From Alphaproteobacteria bacterium (lineage in GTDB: Bacteria > Pseudomonadota > Alphaproteobacteria > SMXQ01): a DNA stretch of 59,750 bases. The stretch is taken from positions 1 to 59,750 of the forward strand of contig SMXQ01000008.1 of NCBI GenBank assembly GCA_004356985.1. Reading direction: 5' to 3'. Made by a program: the position numbers and the translations under genes. The notes beneath the pieces were generated by a model. That model had not been told where the DNA came from, searched no databases, and saw nothing but the letters and a program-made list of their open reading frames with translations. Shown piece after piece: positions 8,972-18,702 of the stretch (position 1 is the stretch's first letter; every line of letters begins with the position of its first letter).

Positions 8972-9991
8972 ATGAGGCGGAAACGTAACAAGGTGATGCC
9001 TTTGGTCCTGAAATTCGGCGCGATGGTCACCGCCCTGGCGCTGCTCGGCGCTTGCTCGGAAACCCAGCTGGTAATTCACGCGGCGAAAAAAATCGCCCGC
9101 GACACCACCGCCCCGGCGCCTCGGGGCATCTACAAGATCGGCAAGCCCTATAAGATCGGCAGCGTGTGGTATTACCCGTCGGTGGATTACCGCTACCAGG
9201 AAACCGGTATCGCTTCCTGGTACGGCCCCAAATTCCATGGAAAAACAACCGCCAACGGCGAGCGGTTCGATCAAAACAACATCTCCGCCGCCCACCGAAC
9301 CCTACCGCTGCCGAGCATGGTCCGGGTGACCAACCTGGAGAACGGGCGCGCACTTCGGGTCCTGGTCAACGACCGTGGCCCCTTCGCCCATGGACGCATC
9401 ATCGATCTTTCGCGGCGCGCGGCGCAGCTTCTGGGATTCATCGCCAACGGCACCGCCAAGGTCCGCGTCGAGATCATCGCCGATGAAAGCCGCCGGCTCG
9501 CCCTGTCGTACGGACGCGGGGCGGGGCAGGTGCAGATCGCCCGGGCCGGCAAGGGGACCCATCATGGGTTGCCCGGCAACCCGACCATCCGCCCGGCGCC
9601 GCGGGTCGCCGTCACCAGGGCCCCGTTGCCCGCGGCGGGCGGCGGCGGTTCATCACCCGCCGCGCCGCGGCCGGCCGCCGCCGCCGCGAAATCGCCGGTG
9701 CGGACCGCCAGCGCCAAACCGCAAACCGACGGGCGAATCATCCAACAAGCCATCGGCGCGGCGCGGATGTATATCCAGGCCGGAACCTTCGCCCAATACA
9801 CCAACGCCAATCGCCTGAGGGCCCGGCTCTCGGTGCTTGGACCGACCAATATCCTCGCCATCATCAACCGCACTCAGCAGATGTTCCGGGTTCGCATCGG
9901 CCCCATCGATGATCTCAAGCGCGCCGATGGCATACTGGAACAGATGATCGGCGCGGGCTTCACCGATGCGCGGCTCATCGTCGACCGCTGA
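8972..9991 (+). CDS. rlpA: Septal ring lytic transglycosylase RlpA (DPBB + SPOR)
   Basis: Lipobox LGAC; G.ASWYG..FHG..TANGE; AAHRTLPLPS; NDRGPF; IIDLS; C-terminal SPOR domain. Start could be 8996 or later. Confidence 0.92.
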   Translation: MRRKRNKVMPLVLKFGAMVTALALLGACSETQLVIHAAKKIARDTTAPAPRGIYKIGKPYKIGSVWYYPSVDYRYQETGIASWYGPKFHGKTTANGERFDQNNISAAHRTLPLPSMVRVTNLENGRALRVLVNDRGPFAHGRIIDLSRRAAQLLGFIANGTAKVRVEIIADESRRLALSYGRGAGQVQIARAGKGTHHGLPGNPTIRPAPRVAVTRAPLPAAGGGGSSPAAPRPAAAAAKSPVRTASAKPQTDGRIIQQAIGAARMYIQAGTFAQYTNANRLRARLSVLGPTNILAIINRTQQMFRVRIGPIDDLKRADGILEQMIGAGFTDARLIVDR

Positions 9992-10070
9992 TGAAGGAAG
10001 ATGGAAAATATTCTCCGCGCCACTGGCCACTATCATCGTTGACCGCAAAACAAGCAAAGACCCCGGCACC

Positions 10071-11234
10071 ATGACCCGATCGAGACTTTTCAACACCATC
10101 GCCGTCCCCGCGGCCTCCGCGTTCCTCGCCTGGTTGCTCGCCGTCGCGCCGTTCGCCCCGGCGGCGGCCATCGAGACCAGCGCCAAGCAGGCCATCATGA
10201 TCGATGCCGAAACCGGAACCGTGCTGTTGGCCAAGAACCCCGACCAACCGGTGCCGCCGTCATCCATGAGCAAGATGATGACCGTGTACATGGTGTTTGA
10301 AAGGCTGAAGGAAGAGACCCTTTCCATGGACGACACCTTCGTGGTCAGCCGCAAGGCTTGGAAACGGGGCGGTTCCAAAATGTTCGTCGGGGTGGGCAAG
10401 AGCGTATCGGTGTCGGACTTGCTCAGGGGCGTGATCGTGCAGTCGGGCAACGACGCGTCCATCGTCATTGCCGAAGGACTCGCGGGGGACGAAAAGTCGT
10501 TCGCCGTCAAAATGAATCAAAAAGCCCGGGAGATCGGCCTGACTAACAGCACCTTCAAGAATGCGTCGGGATGGCCCGACGAAGGCCATCTCATGTCGGT
10601 GCGGGATATCGCCATCCTGTCGCGGAGGACGATCAGCGATTTCCCCGAATACTACAAAATCTATTCGGAAAAGACCTTTACCTACAACGGCATCCGCCAG
10701 GGCAATCGTAACCCGCTTCTCTACCGAAACATCGGCGCCGACGGGCTCAAGACCGGGCACACCAAAGCGGCCGGATACGGCCTTGCGGCATCGGCCCAAC
10801 GCGACGGCCGCAGGCTGATCCTGGTGCTCAACGGCTTGCCCACCACCCGCGTGCGGTCGGCCGAGTCCCATCGCCTGATGGCCTGGGGCTTTAGGGAATT
10901 CAGAAATTTCAAACTCTTCCGCAAGGGCGACACGGTGGATGAGGCGCAGGTCTGGCTCGGCAAGGACGAGACCGTGCCCCTGATGGTGGACCGGGACGTG
11001 ACCCTCACCTTGCCGCGCCGCGCCCGGCGCAAGGCCAAGGTCAAGGTGGTCTATACCGGCCCCATCCCCGCACCCATCGCCAAGGGCGCGGTGATCGCCA
11101 CCCTCACCATCACCGCCCCCGACGTGCCAACCGTTCGCATTCCACTGAGGGCGGGGAAGGGCGTCGAAAGGCTGGGTCTCATGGGCCGGCTTTCGGCGAG
11201 TCTGCGCTATCTGCTCTGGGGCTCTCTGAAGTAA
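10071..11234 (+). CDS. dacA: D-alanyl-D-alanine carboxypeptidase
   Basis: SxxK (SMSK), SxN (SGN), KTG motifs; PBP5 C-terminal domain. Confidence 0.93.
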   Translation: MTRSRLFNTIAVPAASAFLAWLLAVAPFAPAAAIETSAKQAIMIDAETGTVLLAKNPDQPVPPSSMSKMMTVYMVFERLKEETLSMDDTFVVSRKAWKRGGSKMFVGVGKSVSVSDLLRGVIVQSGNDASIVIAEGLAGDEKSFAVKMNQKAREIGLTNSTFKNASGWPDEGHLMSVRDIAILSRRTISDFPEYYKIYSEKTFTYNGIRQGNRNPLLYRNIGADGLKTGHTKAAGYGLAASAQRDGRRLILVLNGLPTTRVRSAESHRLMAWGFREFRNFKLFRKGDTVDEAQVWLGKDETVPLMVDRDVTLTLPRRARRKAKVKVVYTGPIPAPIAKGAVIATLTITAPDVPTVRIPLRAGKGVERLGLMGRLSASLRYLLWGSLK

Positions 11235-11249
11235 CGCGGCGGCAAGCCG

Positions 11250-11909
11250 GTGAGCGAGATTCGACGGGGCAAGTTGATCACCCTGGAAGGGGGCGAAGGG
11301 GTGGGAAAGTCAACCCAATCGAAACGCTTGGCCGAATTCCTGGAAGATCGTGGGATCACCGTCTTGCGCACGCGCGAGCCGGGTGGCTCCGAGGGGGGCG
11401 AACAAATCCGCAGGCTTCTGGTGGAGGGCGCTCCCGGCCGCTGGACACCGCTCAGCGAAGCCTTCCTGTACGCCGCCGCCCGCGCCGACCACGTCGCCCA
11501 CCTGATCGAACCGGCCCTGGCCGAGGGGCGCTGGGTGATCTCTGATCGATTCACCGATTCCACCCTGGCCTATCAGGGATTCGGCCTGGGCCTGCCGCTC
11601 GACGCGGTGGCGCAAATCAATGCCCTGGCGGTGGGCGAACTCAAGCCCGATTTGACCTTCATCCTCGATCTCCCCGTGGGCGACGGCCTGGCCCGCGCCC
11701 GCGCCCGCGCCCATGACGGCCATGAGTCCGCCCGTGAAGACCGCTATGAACGCATGGACGAAAGCTTCCACCAAAGGCTGCGCGAGGGGTTTCTCACCAT
11801 CGCGCGGAACGCGCCCGAGCGTTGCGTCGTCATCGACACCGCCCGGACGGTCGACCAAGTGGCGCGCGTGATCAGTGTCACGGCCGCAGAAAGGCTGATC
11901 GCGCCATGA
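11250..11909 (+). CDS. tmk: Thymidylate kinase
   Basis: EGGEGVGKSTQ, TREPGG, DRF.DST.AYQG. Confidence 0.95.
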   Translation: MSEIRRGKLITLEGGEGVGKSTQSKRLAEFLEDRGITVLRTREPGGSEGGEQIRRLLVEGAPGRWTPLSEAFLYAAARADHVAHLIEPALAEGRWVISDRFTDSTLAYQGFGLGLPLDAVAQINALAVGELKPDLTFILDLPVGDGLARARARAHDGHESAREDRYERMDESFHQRLREGFLTIARNAPERCVVIDTARTVDQVARVISVTAAERLIAP

Positions 11910-13036
11910 CCGCTGCCGCGCCCCAAGAGGGCGACCGCCGGGCCCCGAACCCGCGCGCCAACCCCGAGCTTTTGGGCCATGGGCGGGCGGAATCGATCCT
12001 CATGGAGGCGGCGCGGTCCGGGCGCATGCATCACGCCTGGCTGTTGACCGGCCCCAAGGGCATCGGCAAGGCGACCCTGGCCCATCGGTTCTCGCGCTGG
12101 CTTCTCGCCGGTCGCGCGCAAGGAGGCCCGCCGGACGGGTTGTCCGGCGCGGATTCGGCCCCCGGAGATGGGCTCTGGCTCGATCCCGCCGACCCCTTGT
12201 TCCAGCGTATCGCCGCCGGTGGGCACGCCGACCTGCTCACCGTGCAGCGCGAACTCGACGATGCCGGCAAGCGCCTGCGCACGGAGATCGTCGCCGCCGA
12301 CATTCGCAAGGTGGCGGGCTTCCTATCCCTGACCGCGGCGGAAGGCGGCTGGCGGGTGGTGGTGATCGACGGCGCCGAGGACATGAACCGCCATGCCGCC
12401 AATGCGCTTCTCAAGACGCTGGAGGAACCGCCGGCGCGAACCGTATTGCTGTTGGTGAGCCACGCACCGGGGCGGCTGCTGGCCACCATACGATCGCGTT
12501 GCCGCAAGCTGGCCCTGGCGCCCTTGAATGATGCCACGGTCGCCGGCCTGCTCCACGACACCCGGCCCGATCTCGGCGGGGAAGAGGTAAAGGCGTTGAC
12601 CGCCATGGGCGAGGGCTCCATCGGCCGTGCGCTCGGCCTGGCCGATGCCGGCGGCGTGGCGCTTTATGAGGAAATGCTGGGCCTCATCGGCGCTTTGCCC
12701 AACACCGACGCGGCGCGGCTCCACGGGGTGGCCGACGCCATCGCCCGCAGCCGGCCGGAACCCGGCGCCACCGCGGCCTTCGATGTCTTCACCGACCTGC
12801 TGGGCTGGTGGATCGCGCGCCTGGTGCGGGCGCGGGCCACCGGCGTGGTCCCGGCGGAACTGGCGCCCGGTGAAAGCGCGGTGATCGCACGGCTTTCGAC
12901 CATCGGCAACCTTGATCAATGGGTTGAGGTATGGGAAAAGATCAACCGCCTGTTTGGCCGCGCCCGAAGCGTCAACCTCGACCGCAAGCAGGTGTTGCTC
13001 AACGCATTTTTCGCTCTCGCGCGCATCGGCTCCTGA
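11906..13036 (+). CDS. holB: DNA polymerase III delta' subunit
   Basis: HHAWLLTGPKGIGKAT, AANALLKTLEEPP, TIRSRC; ATGA overlap with tmk. Confidence 0.93.
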   Translation: MTAAAPQEGDRRAPNPRANPELLGHGRAESILMEAARSGRMHHAWLLTGPKGIGKATLAHRFSRWLLAGRAQGGPPDGLSGADSAPGDGLWLDPADPLFQRIAAGGHADLLTVQRELDDAGKRLRTEIVAADIRKVAGFLSLTAAEGGWRVVVIDGAEDMNRHAANALLKTLEEPPARTVLLLVSHAPGRLLATIRSRCRKLALAPLNDATVAGLLHDTRPDLGGEEVKALTAMGEGSIGRALGLADAGGVALYEEMLGLIGALPNTDAARLHGVADAIARSRPEPGATAAFDVFTDLLGWWIARLVRARATGVVPAELAPGESAVIARLSTIGNLDQWVEVWEKINRLFGRARSVNLDRKQVLLNAFFALARIGS

Positions 13037-13070
13037 GCGGCGGCACCATCATCTAAGAAGGATCACAAGC

Positions 13071-14630
13071 ATGGCGGGGGAGCCCTTTTACGTCACGACG
13101 CCGATTTATTACGTCAACGACGTGCCCCATATCGGCCACGCCTACACGACCCTGGCCTGCGACGCCCTGGCCCGCTTCATGCGCCTCGACGGGCGTGACG
13201 TCTTGTTCCTCACCGGCACCGACGAACACGGCCAGAAAGTGGAAAAAGCGGCCCAGGAACTAGGCATCGCGCCCCAAGAATTGGCCGACCGGAATTCCGC
13301 TAAATTCCGCAAACTGGCCGCCGACATGGGCTATACCAACGACGATTTCATCCGCACCACCGAAGGGCGCCACCTCAAGGCGGTGCAACACCTCTGGCGC
13401 ATTTTGCGCGAACGGGACGAGATTTATCTCGGCACCTATGCCGGGTGGTATTCGGTCCGCGACGAGGCGTTTTTCAATGAATCGGAGCTGATCAAGGGTG
13501 AGAACGGCAAGCTCATCGCGCCCACCGGCACCGGCGCCGAGGTCGAATGGGTCGAGGGGCCGAGCTATTTCTTCCGCCTCGCCGCCTGGCAGGACAGGCT
13601 GCTCGAATTCTATCACCGGAACCCCGATTTCATCGCCCCCGAAAGCCGGCGCAACGAGGTGCTGAGTTTCGTCAAGGGCGGGCTGCAGGACCTGTCGGTC
13701 TCGCGCACCAGTTTCAAATGGGGCGTGCCGGTGCCCGACGATCCCGACCACGTGATGTATGTCTGGCTCGACGCCTTGACCAATTACCTGACCGCCGTGG
13801 GATATCCCGACACGGAATCCGAGGCCTTCACGACCTATTGGCCCGCCGACCTGCACATGGTGGGCAAGGACATCCTGCGCTTCCACGCGGTCTTCTGGCC
13901 GGCGTTCCTGCTGGCCGCCGGGATCGAGCCGCCCCAGCGGGTCTTCGCCCATGGCTGGTGGACCAACGAGGGACAGAAGATTTCCAAGTCGCTCGGCAAC
14001 GTCATCGACCCCACCGCCCTGGTCGCCGAATACGGGCTCGACCAGGTCCGCTATTTCCTGCTGCGCGAGGTGCCGTTCGGCAATGACGGCGATTTTTCCC
14101 GCGCCGCCATGGTCCAGCGTATCAACGGCGACCTCGCCAACGGCATCGGCAACCTCGCCCAGCGCACGCTGACCCTGATCCAGAGGAACTGCGAGGCCAA
14201 GATTCCCCAAGGCGGGGATTCCTCGGACGGCGACAGCGACCTGAGGCGCGCCTGCGGCCCAAGCCTGCTCGCCGCCATGCGCCAGAACATGGAACAACAA
14301 CGCTTTCACATGGCGCTCCAGGAATTCATGTCCGCGGTGAGTGCGGCCGATGCCTATATCACCGCCAACGAGCCCTGGGCGTTGAAGAAAACCGATCCCC
14401 ATCGCATGTCGGCGGTGCTCTATACCCTCGCCGAGGCGATCCGGACCCTGGCCATATTGGCCCAGCCGTTCATTCCCGATGCCGCGTCGCGGCTGTTGGA
14501 TCAACTGGCGGTGCCCGAGGGCAAGCGAAATTTTTCCCAAATCGAGGGCGAGGGGGCGCTGACCCCGGGCACCGATCTCCCCAAGCCCGAGGGCATTTTC
14601 CCCCGCCACGTGCAGCCCTCCGGCGCCTGA
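13071..14630 (+). CDS. metG: Methionine--tRNA ligase (short form)
   Basis: YVNDVPHIGHAY, GTDEHGQK, YVWLDAL, GKDILRFH, KISKS. Confidence 0.96.
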   Translation: MAGEPFYVTTPIYYVNDVPHIGHAYTTLACDALARFMRLDGRDVLFLTGTDEHGQKVEKAAQELGIAPQELADRNSAKFRKLAADMGYTNDDFIRTTEGRHLKAVQHLWRILRERDEIYLGTYAGWYSVRDEAFFNESELIKGENGKLIAPTGTGAEVEWVEGPSYFFRLAAWQDRLLEFYHRNPDFIAPESRRNEVLSFVKGGLQDLSVSRTSFKWGVPVPDDPDHVMYVWLDALTNYLTAVGYPDTESEAFTTYWPADLHMVGKDILRFHAVFWPAFLLAAGIEPPQRVFAHGWWTNEGQKISKSLGNVIDPTALVAEYGLDQVRYFLLREVPFGNDGDFSRAAMVQRINGDLANGIGNLAQRTLTLIQRNCEAKIPQGGDSSDGDSDLRRACGPSLLAAMRQNMEQQRFHMALQEFMSAVSAADAYITANEPWALKKTDPHRMSAVLYTLAEAIRTLAILAQPFIPDAASRLLDQLAVPEGKRNFSQIEGEGALTPGTDLPKPEGIFPRHVQPSGA

Positions 14631-14824
14631 CACCTGTGCGGGGTCGGGCCTCCCTTTCGACCCCGAGGTATCCCCCAACACGGGCAGTCCTTTAGGACTC
14701 CTTTACTTCTTTGACAGATACCCTTGGGGGCTGAAATTCCGCGGGTCATGGGCACAAACCGCACCGTTCCCAGGGCCCCTAGGGTAAACTCTTGCAGTGC
14801 ACCGCTTTCCCTTGGAAAGGCCCT

Positions 14825-15850
14825 ATGTTGAGACGACTCACCGCCGTATTCGCGCTGGCGCTCCTGGTTCTCGCGTCATGCGATTCGGGGGATTACGATT
14901 TCGGCCGCGGCCAGGCCGCCTTCGAGAAAGGCGATTACGAGGCCGCGCTGGACCAATGGCGCCCCCTGGCCGAGCAGGGCGACGCCAAGGCCCAGTACCG
15001 GCTCGCCCTCATGCTGGCCAAGGGCCAGGGGGTCGAGCGAAATATCGCAGAATCGTTGAAGCTGCTGCACGGCGCGGCGGCCAAGGGCCACGCGGCGGCG
15101 CAATACCAACTGGCGCGTATTTACGCCGAAGGGCGGGGCGTCAAGAAGGACGGCGCCAAGGCGGCAAAATTCATGCGCATGACCGCCGAGCAAGGCAATT
15201 CCCAGGCCCAGTTCGCGCTCGCCTCAATCTATTTCGACGGCAGGGGGGTCAAACGCGACACCGCGGAGGCGGCGATCTGGTACCGCAAGGCCGCCGATCT
15301 CGGCGACGCCAAGGCGCAGCACAAGCTGGCTAAGATGTATGCCGGGGGGCTCGGCGTCTCCTGGGACTATTCTCAGGCTGCAAATTGGTATCGCTTGGCC
15401 GCCCAACAGGGGCACGCCGGATCCCAATTTGAACTCGGCGTCCTCAACGAGAACGGCCAGGGCGTGAGCAAGGACTTCACATTAGCCGCCGAGTGGTACG
15501 GCAAATCCGCCCGCCAAGACCATGCGGCGGCGCAGTACCGGCTCGGCGAGTTGCTGGCCCAGGGCAGGGGCTTGCGGAGGGATCTCGTGGCGGCGGTGCA
15601 ATGGTACCGCAAGGCCGCGGCGCAGGAACACCCCGCGGCCCATACCGCGTTGGGGCGGCATGCCGCCCAGGGCCTGGGCACCGCCAAGGACGACACCAGG
15701 GCCTATATGTGGTTCGCCCTGGCCACCATCCTCGGCGACAAGGCGGCCGCGAGATCCCAGGAAAAACTGGCGCGAGGGATGACCCCGGATCAGATTTCCA
15801 AGGCACGGACCCTAACCTGGAAGCATCTCCAAGAGCAGAAAAAGAACTGA
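14825..15850 (+). CDS. Sel1-like repeat lipoprotein
   Basis: Lipobox LASC; about 7 repeats of AQY.L..MY..G.GV..D...A..WY.KAA.QG. Confidence 0.9.
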   Translation: MLRRLTAVFALALLVLASCDSGDYDFGRGQAAFEKGDYEAALDQWRPLAEQGDAKAQYRLALMLAKGQGVERNIAESLKLLHGAAAKGHAAAQYQLARIYAEGRGVKKDGAKAAKFMRMTAEQGNSQAQFALASIYFDGRGVKRDTAEAAIWYRKAADLGDAKAQHKLAKMYAGGLGVSWDYSQAANWYRLAAQQGHAGSQFELGVLNENGQGVSKDFTLAAEWYGKSARQDHAAAQYRLGELLAQGRGLRRDLVAAVQWYRKAAAQEHPAAHTALGRHAAQGLGTAKDDTRAYMWFALATILGDKAAARSQEKLARGMTPDQISKARTLTWKHLQEQKKN

Positions 15851-15972
15851 TCGGCGCCTTCGTTTCAAGCGTTACATCAGGTCACCACGGCCCCGCCCTC
15901 CATGGGGCGGCGGCTATGGTATCCTTTGTGGCGCGCCGGCCAGCCGGGCCAAAAGCGCCGGGGAGGACAGCC

Positions 15973-16821
15973 ATGACGACACAGGCGGAAAAGGCCGAAC
16001 GCTTCGCCGCCTTGCATCGGCGGCCCGGCATCCTGGTGCTGCCCAATGCCTATGACGCCGCCAGCGCCGCCATCTTCGCCGATGCCGGGTTCAAGGCGAT
16101 CGCCACCACCAGCGGCGGCTGTGCCTTTTCCCTCGGCTTCCGTGACGGCGAGCACATCACCCGCGACGCCATGGCGGCCATCGTCGCGCGCATCTGCGCC
16201 GCCGTCGATCTGCCGGTGAGCGCGGACATGGAGGCCGGATACGGCGCCACCCCGGAAGCCGTCGCCGATACCGTCCGCGCGACCATCGCCGCCGGCGCGG
16301 TGGGCATCAACATCGAAGACAGCACCAAGACGGGCCCCCGGGAGCTGCTCGAATTCGATTTGGCGGTCGCGCGAATCCGCGCCGCCCGCACGGCGGCATC
16401 GGATGCCGGGCTTGCCATGGTGATCAACGGGCGCACCGATGTTTATTCGGTGGCCAGCGGACCGGTGGGCGGCGGGGGAGGGGCGGCCCTGTTCCATGAA
16501 GCGAGTCGCCGGGCCAACGCCTATCTCGAGGCGGGCGCCGATTGCGCCTTCATCATCGGCGCCCGCGACGGTGAACTGATCGGCCGGCTTGCCGCGGCCA
16601 TCCATGGGCCGCTCAACGTCCTTGCCGGGGCCGGCTCGCCATCGGTGGCCGAATTGGAAGCTCTCGGCGTCAAGCGGGTGACGGTGGGCAGCGGCTTCGC
16701 CAAGGCCGCCTTGACCGTGGTGAAAAAAGGCGCCGAGGAACTGCGGGACAAGGGGACCTTCGAGTTCACCCGCGGCGCCCTGGGCCAGGCCGATATCCAC
16801 CGCATCCTGGGCGGCGGCTAG
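15973..16821 (+). CDS. Isocitrate lyase/PEP mutase family protein
   Basis: LPNAYD, ATTSGG, ADMEAGYG, GINIEDS, INGRTD; RBS GGGAGG. Confidence 0.88.
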   Translation: MTTQAEKAERFAALHRRPGILVLPNAYDAASAAIFADAGFKAIATTSGGCAFSLGFRDGEHITRDAMAAIVARICAAVDLPVSADMEAGYGATPEAVADTVRATIAAGAVGINIEDSTKTGPRELLEFDLAVARIRAARTAASDAGLAMVINGRTDVYSVASGPVGGGGGAALFHEASRRANAYLEAGADCAFIIGARDGELIGRLAAAIHGPLNVLAGAGSPSVAELEALGVKRVTVGSGFAKAALTVVKKGAEELRDKGTFEFTRGALGQADIHRILGGG

Positions 16822-16866
16822 AGCATTTTCCAACCAAATTGAATCCATTTGGTTGGAAAGTTCTCT
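16818..16866. repeat. Palindromic CTAGAG-ended element (MITE/RIME-like)
   Basis: CTAGAGCATTTTCC start; 13-bp perfect stem TTTCCAACCAAAT/ATTTGGTTGGAAA; resembles the ends of the 21247-21513 element. Confidence 0.6.
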
Positions 16867-16954
16867 TGGCCCACTTGCCCTTGCCTTTGGGCGTGCATCG
16901 GCGGGCGGAGTTGCTAAACTCCGGCGCGACCGGAGACCCAAGGAAAGACCAACA

Positions 16955-17743
16955 ATGCTCGTCGACAGCCATTGCCATCTCGACTTCGACGATTTCAAGG
17001 GCGAATGCGACGATGTCGTCGCCCGCGCCCGGGCGGCCGGCATCACCGGCATGCTCACCATCTGCACCAGGCTTGCCGATGCCGCAAAGATCCGCGCCAT
17101 CGCCGCCGCCCACGACGGAATCTGGTGCTCGGTGGGCGTCCACCCCCACGAGGCCGAGCACGCCGCCGGGGTGACGGCCTTGGATCTCATGGCCCTGGCG
17201 GAGCCCGCCGAGGTCATAGGGATCGGCGAGACCGGGCTCGATTTCTATTACCAGCATTCCCCCCGGGACATTCAGGAGAAAGTCTTCCGCGCCCACATCC
17301 AGGCGGCGCGGGAGACCGGCCTGCCGATCATCGTGCACACCAGGGACGCCGATGCCGATACCGTGCGCATCCTCGCCCAAGAGCAGGCGCGGGGCGCGTT
17401 CGCCGGCGTCATCCACTGCTTCTCCGCCGGCGCCGAGGTCGCCCGCTGCGCGCTGGATCACGGCATGTATATCTCGTTTTCGGGCATCATCACCTTCAAG
17501 AACGCCGATCTCGTGCGCGCCGTGGCGCGCGACGTTCCCATGGAGCGCTTGCTGGTGGAAACCGATGCCCCGTACCTGGCGCCGGTGCCGGTGCGCGGCA
17601 AGCGCTGTGAACCCGCCTTCACCGCCCATACCGCGGCCTACGTGGCCGAGATCAAGGGACTCGGGCTTGACGAGCTGGCCCGCGCCACCACCGATAATTT
17701 CTTCACCCTGTTCCACAAAGCCAACCGGGACGATCTCCCCTGA
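16955..17743 (+). CDS. tatD: TatD family hydrolase/DNase
   Basis: MLVDSHCHLD, GVHPH, IGETGLD, HTRDA, HCFS, ETDAPYLAP. Confidence 0.95.
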   Translation: MLVDSHCHLDFDDFKGECDDVVARARAAGITGMLTICTRLADAAKIRAIAAAHDGIWCSVGVHPHEAEHAAGVTALDLMALAEPAEVIGIGETGLDFYYQHSPRDIQEKVFRAHIQAARETGLPIIVHTRDADADTVRILAQEQARGAFAGVIHCFSAGAEVARCALDHGMYISFSGIITFKNADLVRAVARDVPMERLLVETDAPYLAPVPVRGKRCEPAFTAHTAAYVAEIKGLGLDELARATTDNFFTLFHKANRDDLP

Positions 17744-17770
17744 GCCCCCCAAGGACAAAGGCGTGAGAAG

Positions 17771-18553
17771 ATGCGCGTAACCATTCTGGGATCGGGTGCG
17801 GCGGGCGGCGTGCCGATGATCGGCAACCAATGGGGGGCCTGCGACCCCGCCAATCCCAAGAACCGCCGGCGGCGGGCGGCGATTCTGGTGGAAGACGGCG
17901 GGTCCAAGCTGTTGGTGGACACCGGGCCCGACGTCAAGGCACAGCTTCTCGACGCCGGAATCATGGCCCTGGACGGCATCCTCTATACCCACATTCACGC
18001 CGATCACACCCACGGAATCGACGAAATCCGCGCGCTGAATCGCCTGCAACGCTCGGTGATCGACGCTTACGGGACCGAAGCTGACTTAAACCACTTACGT
18101 AATATTTTCGGTTATGCCTTTGATCCACCAGGAGAATACAGTGGAAAACCCTCCTTTTACAAACCCTGCCTCAGGGCCCGCCCCATCACCCACGGCAAGT
18201 CCTTTACCGTCGGGGGGATCGAGGTCCTGCCCTTCGCCCAGGATCACGGCTTCATGATCAGCACCGGCTATCGCTTCGGTTCCATCGCCTATACCACCGA
18301 TGCGGTGGACCTTGACGAGGCGGCCTTCGCCGCGCTATCGGGCGTCGAGATCTGGATCGTCGGCTGCCTGCAGCGTGAACCCCATCCCACCCATGCCCAT
18401 TTCGACCGCGTCATGGAATGGATCGAAAGGGTAGGGCCTACCCGCGCCGTGCTCACCCATCTTTCCGTGCGCATCGATCATCAGGCGCTGGCGGCGGTGT
18501 TGCCGGACCACATCACCGCCGGTTACGACGGTCTGGTCATCGAGAGCCCTTGA
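17771..18553 (+). CDS. MBL-fold metallo-hydrolase (PhnP/YycJ-like)
   Basis: LGSG..GGVP, THIHADHTHG, AYTTD, LTHLS, YDG. Confidence 0.92.
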   Translation: MRVTILGSGAAGGVPMIGNQWGACDPANPKNRRRRAAILVEDGGSKLLVDTGPDVKAQLLDAGIMALDGILYTHIHADHTHGIDEIRALNRLQRSVIDAYGTEADLNHLRNIFGYAFDPPGEYSGKPSFYKPCLRARPITHGKSFTVGGIEVLPFAQDHGFMISTGYRFGSIAYTTDAVDLDEAAFAALSGVEIWIVGCLQREPHPTHAHFDRVMEWIERVGPTRAVLTHLSVRIDHQALAAVLPDHITAGYDGLVIESP

Positions 18554-18653
18554 AATTTCACTTTTTTTCACCCGCGCTTACCCCTGGGGCAGCCAAAGGC
18601 ATTAGGAAGCAGGGTTTTTTTCGATGTTTGAATGGCTTAGATAAATACCCTAT

Positions 18654-18681
18654 ATTTTCCATAATATACATTATGCGATAA
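18654..18681 (-). other. dif site (XerC/XerD chromosome dimer resolution)
   Basis: Minus strand TTATCGCATAA-TGTATA-TTATGGAAAAT; E. coli dif is GGTGCGCATAA-TGTATA-TTATGTTAAAT. Lies in an AT-rich gap between convergent genes. Confidence 0.88.
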
Positions 18682-18696
18682 TTAACGATACATTAA
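18682..18696. promoter_or_regulatory. Perfect CtrA-type box
   Basis: TTAA-cgataca-TTAA, directly abutting the dif XerC arm. Confidence 0.45.
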
Positions 18697-18702
18697 TTCC
18701 CC

